Assembly: GCA_965215015.1 (NCBI GenBank)
Contig: OZ244042.1
Location: 3,808,001 to 3,872,000, forward strand
Length of the DNA: 64,000 nt
Direction of reading: 5' to 3'
Source: Candidatus Poribacteria bacterium
GTDB taxonomy: Bacteria > Poribacteria > WGA-4E > PCPOR2b
A model generated the notes under the pieces. It saw only the letters and a list, made by a program, of their open reading frames with translations, ran no database searches and was not told where the DNA came from. The translations under genes were made by a program, and so were the position numbers. Of the stretch, positions 27,951 through 38,560 are shown one piece after another. Positions within the stretch are counted from its first letter, which is position 1, and every line of letters starts with the position of its first letter.

Positions 27951-28596
27951 TAACACCTTTTGAGTCAATAGGGTAGACGGATTCTTTCCGGTGTTGAAGA
28001 AAGTTCGTCCAATCGGCGTATAACGTGAAGGCTTATGTGAACAATTCGTTCCGTTGGGGTTGCGCTGTATCACATCTTTTCCCCTTAGCACAAACTGTCT
28101 GGGACTGTGAACCAAGGAATCGTGCGAGTTTTTAGAAATCGTTTTTGCGCTATGAATCCATGGTCCGAGCTTAGCGCAAGTCCGTCCGTGTTTTGGGCAG
28201 GCACAAGCCTCCAACGCATCGGGAATAAGGGGCCCGATAGATCGGGATTTCCACTGCGATGCAACCTGCCCCTACATTGGAGTGATTTTCCAAAATTGAC
28301 AGTTTTGTGTCGAGATATGAATCTCGACCTACGGGTTCAGCACATCAATCCAACGGGACACACATATCGCCCCGCCGGGGCTTTAGGGGACAACTTGTGT
28401 TATTTTACCATATCACAGGTAGTTGTGATACGGTTTCGATATCCACACTTTCGTCGTGGATTGCATTGGTGTTGACCTTCTTCCACTGACAGGCTGGGCA
28501 ATGAATTAACCTACTACAAACCAAGAGGGGATAGGTGAGAATTGGCTCGGATATGTCTATCTAAGCCGCGCCGCGATCTGAGAGTGATGAATCGTC

Positions 28597-30228
28597 CTAC
28601 GGTTCAATTGACAATTGAATCGGCAGCTTGCCTTGAGCCTCCCGGGCCCCGACAATCACCTCGATGGCTGCAGACACAGAGGCCTCATGGCTATCGTAAG
28701 CAGCGAGGGCCGCGGAGACAAAGGGACAGTCCCGGAGCGTGTAGGGTGAACCGAACGCGATGACGATGACAGGGGTCGTCCCCGAGCTGAACTGCTGGAC
28801 GAGTGCTGCTTGTTCGTGATTCGTGATGCCAGCGATAATGACCTCGGCGGCTTCTACTTGAGGAGGGAGTTGGAGCGGGCCTTGCGCGCCAGCCGTTTTC
28901 TCCGGGATTCTTGCCTCACTCGTGTTCGGGTGATGTGCTTTAAATCTATCGAATAAAGTCGATGATGTGCTCAGGATTAGGACGGAGGTTTCTGGCTTTA
29001 ACGCTAATGGCAGGATGTTATTTCGATTCCTCACCATTGTAATTGCCCGCGATGCGATTGTTTGCGCGAGTTGTTTATGTGCATTCACCCCGACAGCCTT
29101 GTCCACTGCATCGACATCAACGAAGCGTCGGTCAAACGCCGCCCCCTTGCTTTTCAGGATACGCTTAACAGATTGGTCCAACCGGGCTTGGGAGATACGT
29201 CCGCTTTTGACCGCCGATAGCAGTGCATCAAAGACTTCAATTTGCTTTGTAGGTGTCCAGAGTACCATCACTATGTCTGCCCCGGCTTCAACCGCCATAA
29301 CCGCAGCTTCACCCGATCGGTAGCGATCGTCAATTGCCTTCATCTCCATGTCATCGGTGATGAGCAAGCCGTTAAAGCCGAGTTCCTTTCGCAAGAGATT
29401 TGTCAAGAGAGTCGGTGAAAGCGTAGCGGGTAAATTGTCATCGAAAGCAGGATAGACAATATGCGCTGTCATGATTGCAGCGACATCGGCCTCAATCGCG
29501 GCTTGAAAGGGTTGCAGCTCGAGGGCGTGGACGCGTTCCCTGTCATGGTTCACGGTTGGCAGGTCGAAGTGTGAGTCGACGGCGGTATCTCCGTGTCCGG
29601 GGAAATGCTTTGCAGTTGCCAGCACACCGTTGCGTTGTAATCCGCGGATGTAAGCGACTCCCAAACGGGAAACGAGTTCTGCCGATTCGCCGAAGGAACG
29701 GTGCCCGATAACGGGATTATGCGGATTGTTGTTGACATCCATGACCGGCGCAAAGTTGAGGTTGACCCCCACTGCGGCGAGCTCAACGGCGGTGATTTCT
29801 CCTGCGCGCTCTGCCAATTCTGTCGAATCGGTCGCGCCCAACGCCATATTGCCGGGCAGCACCGTCGCACCCTCTCTCAAGCGGATGACCCAACCTCCCT
29901 CTTGATCGATCCCAATAAACAACGGAATTTGATGCGTCGTTGCTCGTGCCAATCCTTGGAGTTCGTTCGTTAGTTCCGCCGTCTGTTTCGGGGATTGGAT
30001 ATTTTGACTAAAGAGGACAACCCCACCGACGAACCGTTCGCTGATATGGGTTTCAATCGCTTCGTTGGCTTGGGGCCCCTCGAAGCCGACCATAATGAGC
30101 TGTCCAACTTTTTCCTCGATTGTCATTTCGGCTATCATTGTGTCAATCTCCGGATCGGTGAGGGCAGAAATTGGGGCAGAGAGCACCCCGATTAGAAGTG
30201 CGGCAAGCAGGTACGAGACATCGTGCAT
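28597..30228 (-). CDS. nagZ: GH3 beta-N-acetylhexosaminidase (secreted)
   Basis: IDQEGG, KHFPGHGDT..DSH, ITDDMEM; signal-like N-terminus; GH3_C domain. Confidence 0.9.
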   Translation of the reverse strand: MHDVSYLLAALLIGVLSAPISALTDPEIDTMIAEMTIEEKVGQLIMVGFEGPQANEAIETHISERFVGGVVLFSQNIQSPKQTAELTNELQGLARATTHQIPLFIGIDQEGGWVIRLREGATVLPGNMALGATDSTELAERAGEITAVELAAVGVNLNFAPVMDVNNNPHNPVIGHRSFGESAELVSRLGVAYIRGLQRNGVLATAKHFPGHGDTAVDSHFDLPTVNHDRERVHALELQPFQAAIEADVAAIMTAHIVYPAFDDNLPATLSPTLLTNLLRKELGFNGLLITDDMEMKAIDDRYRSGEAAVMAVEAGADIVMVLWTPTKQIEVFDALLSAVKSGRISQARLDQSVKRILKSKGAAFDRRFVDVDAVDKAVGVNAHKQLAQTIASRAITMVRNRNNILPLALKPETSVLILSTSSTLFDRFKAHHPNTSEARIPEKTAGAQGPLQLPPQVEAAEVIIAGITNHEQAALVQQFSSGTTPVIVIAFGSPYTLRDCPFVSAALAAYDSHEASVSAAIEVIVGAREAQGKLPIQLSIEP

Positions 30229-30327
30229 TATGTATTGTGCGTGACAGTGATTTGGATTCCTAACTGTAGGCTTATTTCGGAAACGACCGAAGTTATCACT
30301 ACAAAGGTCAATACTCGTCTTTGAAAC

Positions 30328-30381
30328 GCTCATGTTAAGAAACCGTGCAAAGCCCCCGAGTTTTCAACAAAAAACTCGGGG
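30328..30381. repeat. Hairpin repeat family (GCTCATGTTAAGAAA...CCGAGTTTT-N-AAAACTCGG)
   Basis: Inverted copy at about 53804-53860. Confidence 0.7.
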
Positions 30382-30434
30382 CTCTAAGCTGTTCTGTATT
30401 TTCTTTTGCTATGAACCTTTTGAAGATGATGCTG

Positions 30435-31178
30435 CTACGAGTCATCTTCCTCGTCTTTGGCGGCATATGATTGACCGCCGAAGGCGGCTCGGACGTCCGC
30501 TGCAGTTTTCGCAGTTTTCAGCGCGTTAATCCGGGTTTCTTCCTCTTGTAATAATGCCTTGACATTATTCAGAACTGCTTCCGCCTTATCGGCTGGAAAC
30601 TTGCAAGCCCCATTTTCGTCCATGTGGATAAGCTCACCCGGGGAAACATCCATCCCTCCCACCGAGACGGGCACATTGACTGCATGTACAGCCATATCGC
30701 CGTGTCCTGCCGTGACACCGCTGAGCATATACTGAAATTTCATGGGACGAATTTCATCAATGTCTCGTGAGGGACCATTAGATATGGCGCCGACGCAGCC
30801 GACTGCCTTCATCGCAGCTGTCATATTTCCGCCCGCTAGGCCTGCCTTCGCGGCGAGTTGAGGCGGAAACTTTTGCTGGAAGACTAGAATCGTCGGCTTC
30901 TTTGATGCATCGAGTGCGTCAATGACATCCATAAAGGACAAACGCGAGTAATTCGGGTCCGGCAATCCATACACGCATGTGACCGCATATCCAACGAGCC
31001 GGCCTAATTCGGGATACATACAGCGGATGGATTGGTCGGTATACCAGTTCTCCGTCCAGGGATTATAAAGCCCAAGACAAAGCGGGTTTTTCGGGTAGGT
31101 AGCAACAACGTTGGTGATTGATGGTGTATCGTAGTTTCGCAATTCTTCTAAAATTTCTGTTTCCGTTAATTCTGCCAT
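30435..31178 (-). CDS. RraA/HMG aldolase family protein
   Basis: VGYAVT, GGNM, GPSRDIDE, PGELIHMDENG. Confidence 0.85.
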   Translation of the reverse strand: MAELTETEILEELRNYDTPSITNVVATYPKNPLCLGLYNPWTENWYTDQSIRCMYPELGRLVGYAVTCVYGLPDPNYSRLSFMDVIDALDASKKPTILVFQQKFPPQLAAKAGLAGGNMTAAMKAVGCVGAISNGPSRDIDEIRPMKFQYMLSGVTAGHGDMAVHAVNVPVSVGGMDVSPGELIHMDENGACKFPADKAEAVLNNVKALLQEEETRINALKTAKTAADVRAAFGGQSYAAKDEEDDS

Positions 31179-31299
31179 GAGTCACCTCCTCGCAAGTACA
31201 CTGTCAGACCAATGAGGATGGAGCCGACAATTAGTAGTCGTGCAATTGATTGCACATCGGACGGATAATAAATTAAGTACAAGTGCTGAAATCTACCCG

Positions 31300-31716
31300 C
31301 TACGGATTCGGCGGTGAGGTACAGATGAGTACCTCCATCGTCTCATTTCCTGTGTTCTCAATGCCGTGTTCGCACCATGGCGGCAGATGGATAAAGGTGC
31401 CTTCCTGCACATTGACTTTCTGGTCGGCGAGTGTCATAACGCCGTTCCCACGTAAAATGACATAGCATTCTTCGGTGTGGTGGCTGCCCGGCTCTAGCAC
31501 AACGTGAGGGGGTATATAGAACATCACCAGTCCCAGATTCTGAGCGGGTGCCTGTGGGTTGGCGGGATGGACCACACGTACGCCAATCCCTTCGCAATCG
31601 GGATATTTCACCGGCACGCCATCCTGTGCCCTGACAACATTGGGGAGCACCTTTTCCCTCGGCTTGGGAATCGGTGGTTCACCTTCGTAACCTTTGAACA
31701 TTGTAATTTTTGCCAT
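31300..31716 (-). CDS. Cupin domain protein
   Basis: HHTEECYVILRG...PPWCEHGIENTG. Confidence 0.88.
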   Translation of the reverse strand: MAKITMFKGYEGEPPIPKPREKVLPNVVRAQDGVPVKYPDCEGIGVRVVHPANPQAPAQNLGLVMFYIPPHVVLEPGSHHTEECYVILRGNGVMTLADQKVNVQEGTFIHLPPWCEHGIENTGNETMEVLICTSPPNP

Positions 31717-31973
31717 TGTTGTTACCTCAATTATGTTAGTTTACTAGTTCATTAAACTGACGAATCCTATACATTAGCAATAGAACGTGAAACGTGATAC
31801 GAAAGGTAGAAACGGGCGGGGGCCCCGCCCTTACAGGGAAACTAGCAACTTGGATTATGATAGCATAAATCTCCTGTTATAATCAATCTAAAACTGTAGT
31901 ACATGAAAGGTGAGCATGGATTGCACCATGGTTACGGCATACGGAGTATGCCTACTCCTTTGGTGACACCCGT

Positions 31974-32342
31974 TCAGCTTCTGATTATCGCCCACAGGAG
32001 ACATCCCCAACCGATGATAAAGGCGACTCCGCCGATCGGCGTTATTGCGCCGAGCCAGCGGACACCGGTTAGCGATAGGATATAGAGGCTTCCCGAAAAA
32101 ATAACGATGCCAGCCACAAATAACCAGCCGGATGCAGAGATTAGTTGACTGCTCCACTGCGATGCAGCCCAAGCCACAGCAATCAACCCCAGTGCATGAT
32201 ACATTTGATAACGCACAGCGACCTCAAAGGTTGTGAACATATCCGGCGATAACCTCGTTTTCAGGGCATGGGCAGCAAAAGCACCCGTTATCACAGCAAT
32301 CAGCGCAAAGCCAGAGCCGAGCGCGAAGAAAAGACGTTGCAT
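31974..32342 (-). CDS. DUF423 (YgdD/TMEM256) membrane protein
   Basis: GAFAAH, YQMYHAL, FSGSLY, GAITPIGG. Confidence 0.93.
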   Translation of the reverse strand: MQRLFFALGSGFALIAVITGAFAAHALKTRLSPDMFTTFEVAVRYQMYHALGLIAVAWAASQWSSQLISASGWLFVAGIVIFSGSLYILSLTGVRWLGAITPIGGVAFIIGWGCLLWAIIRS

Positions 32343-32617
32343 ATCTTATCCTCCTGCAACTATGGATATATTATCGTAGGGGAGAAAAGTTGAAACCTGC
32401 TCCCACACAACCAATGGTGCGAGTTTGTAGCTGTTGAGACCGAGAGTGAAACGTGAAAATAATTTGTTCATTGGTTCATGAATGAACTTCTGAACCAATG
32501 AGCTCTTGAACGATGGGGGAACGACAGTTTCACTAACTCGCACCAAAGGTTACACGGATACTTACAAAAGAATGTGGTCAGATCCAGACAGCAGGGAGCC
32601 AATTGTCTCAACGGTTT

Positions 32618-33484
32618 TCAAAACGGAGTATTTCCCCCTTCCTCCGAATCTTTAGACGGTGTCTCTGCCTCTGTGTATTCTGAATCAGTCCCCTTCTCAT
32701 TTAGTGTGAGGGGCGATTCAGAATTTTCGGGGACTTCACTCGTTTTCACCGCAGCGTCCAGTTGATGGATGCGCCCTACCAACTCCTTGAAAAGCTCTGG
32801 TATGGAGGCCCCGGCTTGTAATTCAGCAGAGAGTTGAGTCCATTGCAGCTCGGTCATATCGTTACGGGATTCAACGCCGTAGCGACGTTTGACATAGCTC
32901 CAAAAATCGGATTTTGTGATGCTCTGTTCTTCGAGCTTGCTTTCCAGCTTGCTAGCCATTGCAAACGCGGCTTTCTGTGCATTGGAAATCTTACCGGTTG
33001 CAGCTGCACTCGGTAAGCTCATCTGAGCCCCTTCACCCCCCGCGTGTCGATGGAGGTAGAAGTTAAGTACCTCTTTGATGACTGCAACAGGGAGGAGCTG
33101 TTTGACAGCGTTGCGCTGGGCTTTGTGGACCGCTTTTGTGAACGCAAAGGAATCCTCGCGATTACCCATCCGTTTTGACTGCTCATACGCTCCGTACCGT
33201 GACGAGCCGGTTACTGTATCCGTCGCCTTGGCTATGACCAACCAGGACCGTTCACGCTCTTCGTACCGCACATCATCGACCTGAATCCCGCCTCGGCGGT
33301 TTGCGGCTTCGTTTATCCCCGCAAGCGTTAACCCTTCGACTGTCTTTCCACCCTGCTTAAACGAGTAGACGTAATCTTGAATGGCTTGTCCCGTCATCAT
33401 TTCAACAATCGCTTGGTCATCGACCTGATCTAAGACCTCGTAGTCCGCGACAGGAACAAGTTCATTTTTTGTATCTTCAGCCAT
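32618..33484 (-). CDS. Hypothetical protein, possible Rad52/Sak-like single-strand annealing protein
   Basis: beta-beta-beta-alpha pattern ending DSFAFTKAVHKAQRNAVKQLL; small helical C-domain and acidic tail ending PF; GGAGG RBS. Confidence 0.55.
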   Translation of the reverse strand: MAEDTKNELVPVADYEVLDQVDDQAIVEMMTGQAIQDYVYSFKQGGKTVEGLTLAGINEAANRRGGIQVDDVRYEERERSWLVIAKATDTVTGSSRYGAYEQSKRMGNREDSFAFTKAVHKAQRNAVKQLLPVAVIKEVLNFYLHRHAGGEGAQMSLPSAAATGKISNAQKAAFAMASKLESKLEEQSITKSDFWSYVKRRYGVESRNDMTELQWTQLSAELQAGASIPELFKELVGRIHQLDAAVKTSEVPENSESPLTLNEKGTDSEYTEAETPSKDSEEGGNTPF

Positions 33485-33547
33485 TTTTGCCCTCCAGTAT
33501 TTCGGAATATGCGAACAAATCAAATACCTGCCCTCACTAGGATATTA

Positions 33548-33865
33548 TAACCCAGGTTACTAGGACGTGTTGACATGTTGCTATCGCCAATTGGAAATCT
33601 GTAACTGTCAATAATTTGTAGGTTGGGCGTGCTCGCCTCACCTGTGGAGCGAGATTGATATCTCGAAAAATCCCCGGTGTGTCGCGCAACAATCCGGGCG
33701 AATTGAGCCCGGATTATCGTCCCATCGTGTCTGGTATGCTGTTGTGCAATGTGCTAGGTATCTTGTGCAGTGGATTTGTCAATCCACTACGAGCGGTAAT
33801 TGACTCAATTTAGTTTTCATTCTCCACGGTTTTTAACGTTTCCTAGTAAGTGGCAACTTGCGTTA
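33548..33865. mobile_element. MITE family C (TIR TAACCCAGGTTAC / GCAACTTGCGTTA)
   Basis: Imperfect terminal inverted repeats in a TA context; 45-bp end also at 42823-42867; partial ends near 8281, 24191 and 31842. Confidence 0.55.
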
Positions 33866-34003
33866 TTATAACAGGTTTTTCAACAAAAATCAATAGAAAT
33901 TTTCACATATGTTAAAATATTTCCCTACATGCCAAGGGGTTATTGTCGCCTACAATCGGATTGAAAATTTGCTAACTTCCGGCATGATTCGGAGTTTGTC
34001 AGT

Positions 34004-34564
34004 TCACCACCGCATCGCAGCCTCACGATAGAGCATAACCTGCTGCATACTGCGGCGAACTTCAAGCTGGATTGCCTTCCGTTGCCGGTTAGCATCTTTG
34101 ATGATGATTGGAGCCCGGAGGATATTGGTCATTGTTACCGCTCCTGATTCATAGAAAATCCACATCTGCTGCTCGGTGTAGGGATTAACGATGTACTCCT
34201 GTCCGGGCTCAAAGGGATCATACTTTGGGTATTCCAGCCCAATTGTTTTGTCGTAGCCATCTAACACCAACTCTGCGGGCGCGCCCTTTGGCGAATAGCC
34301 GCTGAGTTTACATTGCTGAATCCGGATTGGACTACCGGATTTGTTGATGAGCCGAAGGGAAACGATGATTGCCAAGCGGTGATTATCATCACGGTTAATA
34401 AACCATGTATCATCTGGGATGGCTTCAATCGTAAATCCGGGAATCTGACGTTTCTGATGATAGATCGCCGCAAACGCAATGAAGCCCCCGATGCCGATAA
34501 GTGTCCAGAGACCGGTCGGCGTCGATAGGAACTGGAGCAGTTGTTTGAATATTTGTTGTAGCAC
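34004..34564 (-). CDS. Hypothetical membrane-anchored protein
   Basis: GAGGAGG RBS, GTG start, N-terminal TM then a beta-rich domain. Confidence 0.7.
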   Translation of the reverse strand: MLQQIFKQLLQFLSTPTGLWTLIGIGGFIAFAAIYHQKRQIPGFTIEAIPDDTWFINRDDNHRLAIIVSLRLINKSGSPIRIQQCKLSGYSPKGAPAELVLDGYDKTIGLEYPKYDPFEPGQEYIVNPYTEQQMWIFYESGAVTMTNILRAPIIIKDANRQRKAIQLEVRRSMQQVMLYREAAMRW

Positions 34565-34582
34565 CCTACCTCCTCTAGGCTT

Positions 34583-35260
34583 TCAATCTGGTGCCCCGGT
34601 CATCGGAACAAAGCGAACACCGCTAACGGTTTCACACTCAATACCGTGTTCGGTTCTGCGAATCCGAACCAAATCTTGATGATAGTCCCCAATCGGCAGT
34701 ATCATGAGTCCGTCCTCCTCCAACTGCTTAATGAGACGATTGGGTATCTCCTTTGGCGCGGCGGTCACAATTATTCGATCGTAGGGAGCGTATTCCTCCC
34801 AACCGTAGTAGCCATTGCCGTGTTTTTTATGGATATTTCGATAGCCGAACTCTTCAAACCGTTTGGACGCGCTTTCCGCGAGTTTGGGGATAATCTCAAC
34901 GGTATAGACCTGTTCAACCATTTCCGCTAAGACAACGGTTTGATACCCGCACCCTGTACCAATCTCTAACACTTTGGACGATGTTTTCAGTTCCAGTAGC
35001 TCGGTCATCAGCGCAACGATGTAAGGTTGAGAGATTGTTTGTCCACACTGAATTGGCATCGCATTGTCTTCGTAAGCCTCCCCTATATTATCTGAATCGA
35101 CGAATAGGTGCCGTGGCACTTGCCGCATGACTTCTAGCACCCTTCTGTCTTTAACCCCGCGTCTTTGGATCTGTTCCTCCACCATTTTCTCGCGCAGATC
35201 GGTATAGGGGTCACCCATTGGCTTTGGTCCGTTCTGCGAATTTTGACGGCGGAAACGCAT
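34583..35260 (-). CDS. pcm: Protein-L-isoaspartate O-methyltransferase
   Basis: VPRHLFV, QTISQPY, VLEIGTGCGY, APYDRIIVTAA, VRFVPM. Confidence 0.96.
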   Translation of the reverse strand: MRFRRQNSQNGPKPMGDPYTDLREKMVEEQIQRRGVKDRRVLEVMRQVPRHLFVDSDNIGEAYEDNAMPIQCGQTISQPYIVALMTELLELKTSSKVLEIGTGCGYQTVVLAEMVEQVYTVEIIPKLAESASKRFEEFGYRNIHKKHGNGYYGWEEYAPYDRIIVTAAPKEIPNRLIKQLEEDGLMILPIGDYHQDLVRIRRTEHGIECETVSGVRFVPMTGAPD

Positions 35261-35568
35261 TGTGAATTCTCGAATCTTGTTAGAATAACGCAAGTTGCCC
35301 CCTATCGCAAATACCCGGAAACTTGCCAAATCCTTCTAGGCTCAATGAGCCAAAAGTTGATCGCCCCCCCCCACCGGATATTTGGGGCTTTCGGATATTT
35401 GGGTTAGATATGCTCTGCTATACATACTGTGCCCCTCTGGCGCGCGGGGAATTGCGAAAGGGAGCGCACTTCAAACTTTAACAGAAAATCAATGGATTTT
35501 CAATAGCTAGGTTCCGTTGACATTTGACAAATTGAACTCATCTCCGCTCCGAGACTCTTCGCCCCTCT

Positions 35569-36357
35569 CTAATCCCGAATATCCACACGGTCCTTTTCGC
35601 CCTGCTTGCGGGAGGTTCCCTGCTGTGCCCCTCCCTCCGCTGGCGGGGGAACCGAGGGGGGGACTTGGGGTCTTAGGGGGTTAGATTCAATTTTATGGAT
35701 ACCAGACTCATTTCCGGTTGGGCATTGGGGGCGCAGCACGCATTTCTCGCATTGGGGTGTTTTCTGGCATATCCGTGCGCCGTGAATCACAATCAAAGCG
35801 TGATATTGATTGAACAATCGGCAATCGTGAGGGAGATTTCTCATGAAGATCCCTTGGAGCCTACGGTAATGGAATTTGCCGCTGAACCACCCCAGCCGCT
35901 CCAATAAACGGTAGGTGTAGGTATCAACGACGAAGATCGGTTTTTTGGCGGCGTAGAGCAGAATTGAGTCGGCTGTCTCCTCACCGATTCCATAAATCGA
36001 AAGCAGCTCTTTCCTAAGTGTCGGCAGCTCCTGTGCAAATAGGGAACCCAACCGATTGTTGTGGTGTTCTTGTAGATGGGTCAGGAATGCCCGGACCTTC
36101 TTCGCTTTGGCGCGATAGTACCCTGATGGCAGGATGAGGGGCTCCAACTCCTCTTGGGATAGTTTGCCCAATCGATCTGGAATCATGAGGTCAGCGGTTT
36201 TCAGGTTATCAATTGCTTTGACAGCGTTTCTCCAAGCGGTCGCTTGACCGAGGATTGCGCCGATAACCACCTCAAATGGTGTTTCGGCGGGCCACCAGTT
36301 TAATTCGCCGTACTCGGTATAGAGGTCATCATACAGTTTTAGGAGTTTCTTATGCAT
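35569..36357 (-). CDS. Endonuclease III-related HhH-GPD glycosylase
   Basis: WWPAETPFEV, GIGEETADSI, VVDTY, C-x6-C-x2-C-x5-C FeS motif. Confidence 0.9.
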   Translation of the reverse strand: MHKKLLKLYDDLYTEYGELNWWPAETPFEVVIGAILGQATAWRNAVKAIDNLKTADLMIPDRLGKLSQEELEPLILPSGYYRAKAKKVRAFLTHLQEHHNNRLGSLFAQELPTLRKELLSIYGIGEETADSILLYAAKKPIFVVDTYTYRLLERLGWFSGKFHYRRLQGIFMRNLPHDCRLFNQYHALIVIHGARICQKTPQCEKCVLRPQCPTGNESGIHKIESNPLRPQVPPSVPPPAEGGAQQGTSRKQGEKDRVDIRD

Positions 36358-36676
36358 TATATCTTACAATGTAGTTAAGTCAATGTAGTTAAGTTTCTTG
36401 GCGTCCGAGTAGATACGATTCTTTCAAGTATTGTGAATCTATTTTGCGTTCGTGTGGAGGGTAGATTGCGATTTGAATCCCTAATTTAACGCAAAGTCGC
36501 ACCCCCTGCCCCCTTCAGTTCCGCGCTTGGGCCTCCTCCCTCTGCTAGATAGCCCCCCATCTATCCCCCCGCAAGCAGGGGGAGACAGGTTCATTGAGTC
36601 TATTCCCTCGCTTGCGGGGGTTAGGGGAGCTTGAGGGGTACGAAGAGGGACTTATCTTCATGCTTTGCACTTTCTT

Positions 36677-37306
36677 TTAAGATGAGTCTCCAGATTTTGC
36701 TTCTTCCTCAAAAAGCAGCTCCCGCTGTATCCACGAGATTACATCTTCAAGACCTTCCGATTTTCGTAAGTCCGTGAACACGGCAGGCTTTTCGCCGCGC
36801 ATCTGTTTAGTATCTCGTGCCATGACAGCGAGATCGGCACCGACATATTCCGCCAAATCTATCTTGTTGATAATTAGCAGATCCGAGCGCGTAATTCCGG
36901 GCCCCCCTTTTCGGGGAATCTTATCTCCACCGGCAACATCAATCACATAAATCGCGGCATCAACCAATTCAGGACTGAAGAAGGCGGCGAGGTTATCCCC
37001 GCCACTTTCAAGGAATAGAATATCCAGATTGGGGAATTCTGCTGTCAGCTGTTCAACCGCTTCAAGATTGGCAGAAACATCCTCGCGGATGGCGGTATGT
37101 GGGCAGCCGCCGGTCTCGACACCGAGAATTCGCTCTTGAGGTAATGCCTCAAGGCGCGTGAGTATTTCGGCGTCTTCCCGTGTGTAGATGTCATTCGTAA
37201 TCGCAGCCAATTCGTAGGTGGCCCGCATCCTTTTGCACAACTTTTCAATCAGCGCGGTCTTGCCCGATCCGACGGGGCCGCCAATTCCGATTTTTAACGG
37301 TTTCAT
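36677..37306 (-). CDS. ureG: Urease accessory GTPase UreG
   Basis: [24 protein letters not shown]. Confidence 0.97.
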   Translation of the reverse strand: MKPLKIGIGGPVGSGKTALIEKLCKRMRATYELAAITNDIYTREDAEILTRLEALPQERILGVETGGCPHTAIREDVSANLEAVEQLTAEFPNLDILFLESGGDNLAAFFSPELVDAAIYVIDVAGGDKIPRKGGPGITRSDLLIINKIDLAEYVGADLAVMARDTKQMRGEKPAVFTDLRKSEGLEDVISWIQRELLFEEEAKSGDSS

Positions 37307-37397
37307 GGGGATCTGTCCTCCCAAGTTTAGGATTCAGTTTTCCGAAAAAGGGCAGCCCTTGTGGCTGCCGTGAAACCTTCCCATACGATTGCCTGAG

Positions 37398-38096
37398 TCA
37401 GGAGATGAATAGCCTTGAATATAGCCTTTCGTGCTGCATACCGCGAATCTCAAGCCCCGGTGTAAACCCACCTAAATCGTCCATACCTGCACCTTCGGCA
37501 AATCGAGCAATGTCGATGAGATCGGAACGAATGCTTTGGATTATCCCTTGTCCGTCCGTAGGCTTCAGTGGAATCAGTCGTACCGCAGCCGAAACCTGCC
37601 CAACGATGTGGGTGTGCAGATAACCGAGCACCGCTGAGAACAGGTCAATTTTTGCCGCAGACGCGACCAAGCCGTAAGCGATTGCGTGGTGTCCGGCGCA
37701 TCTGCCAGATTGAACCTCTTGGGCATATTCGTCCAGTCTCTTATTTCGCTCCAGTATCGCGGCGTTGCGGAGAAATTGCTTGCCGATTTTGATACTCCCC
37801 TCCCGTAATTCCCGCGCGATTTTCATCGCAGTGAGTCGTGCGTCCAGGTCAATAATCTGTTCAACATCGGTTGCCTTATAGGTCAATCCGACAGTAACCG
37901 CATCACCATTTCGGAAGCCGTGATGGAGAGTTGACCGAAGAAACATCTCAAACGTCTCAGGGTCGTTGACAAGCTCAAGCTGCACGTAGGTCTCCAAACC
38001 GAAGGAGTGAGCAAACGCCCCTGTGGGAAAGAGACTATCGGTGAGCTGCAGAAGCGTCAATAGGGATTTACCCGCTGGAGCGGTATCAGTGGACAT
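37398..38096 (-). CDS. ureF: Urease accessory protein UreF
   Basis: DSLFPTGAFAHSFGLE, SAAVRL, HERLYSRLFIS. Confidence 0.96.
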   Translation of the reverse strand: MSTDTAPAGKSLLTLLQLTDSLFPTGAFAHSFGLETYVQLELVNDPETFEMFLRSTLHHGFRNGDAVTVGLTYKATDVEQIIDLDARLTAMKIARELREGSIKIGKQFLRNAAILERNKRLDEYAQEVQSGRCAGHHAIAYGLVASAAKIDLFSAVLGYLHTHIVGQVSAAVRLIPLKPTDGQGIIQSIRSDLIDIARFAEGAGMDDLGGFTPGLEIRGMQHERLYSRLFIS

Positions 38097-38535
38097 GGGC
38101 ATGTAGCTGTGATTGCTGGAGGACGCCTGTGAATACGCGTTCTTCAATGGTGTAGGCGAATCCGAGTCGGGTTAATTGTTTTTCGAGAACAGGTTCATAA
38201 GGGACAAGAATCGCACCATCATCAAATCCGATGGGACGATGCAGGTTTCCAATCTGGTAGCAGGCGAGGCCAAAAGCCTCACGTTTCTCAGGACGTAGGG
38301 CAAACACCTTCTCCGGTTGTCCCTCGACGACGATTTCAACGTCCGCGTCCCGATACAAAATATCGCCGGGCGACAGGCGTGTGCCGGTCGGTAGTGCGAG
38401 TCCAATTTCTCGTCCGGCTTCCGTTCTGAGTCGCTGCCGGCATTTTTGGCGAGCTTCCCAATCGAGATGTACGGCGTCTTGCTCTCGTGAATGGGGTTTG
38501 ACATCTTCTGTGACAATGTCTTGGATGATAAGCAT
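38086..38535 (-). CDS. ureE: Urease accessory protein UreE
   Basis: LDWEARQK.R, IGNLH, His-rich tail. Confidence 0.92.
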   Translation of the reverse strand: MLIIQDIVTEDVKPHSREQDAVHLDWEARQKCRQRLRTEAGREIGLALPTGTRLSPGDILYRDADVEIVVEGQPEKVFALRPEKREAFGLACYQIGNLHRPIGFDDGAILVPYEPVLEKQLTRLGFAYTIEERVFTGVLQQSQLHAHVH

Positions 38536-38560
38536 TTTATAGCATTTTATAGCATTTTAT
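38531..38560. repeat. 10-bp tandem repeat x3 (AGCATTTTAT) over the ureE start
   Basis: Directly visible. Confidence 0.9.

Noticed and set aside
27951-28214. 88-aa N-terminal extension of Rpn
   Set aside because: Overlaps REP sequence; the family begins at the M..HD motif
33510-33530. LexA/SOS box upstream of the SSAP-like gene
   Set aside because: Only a half site (CGAAC); no matching site before pcrA or XPB
36368-36394. 14-bp tandem duplication AATGTAGTTAAGT(C)
   Set aside because: Only two copies; likely slippage with no functional evidence
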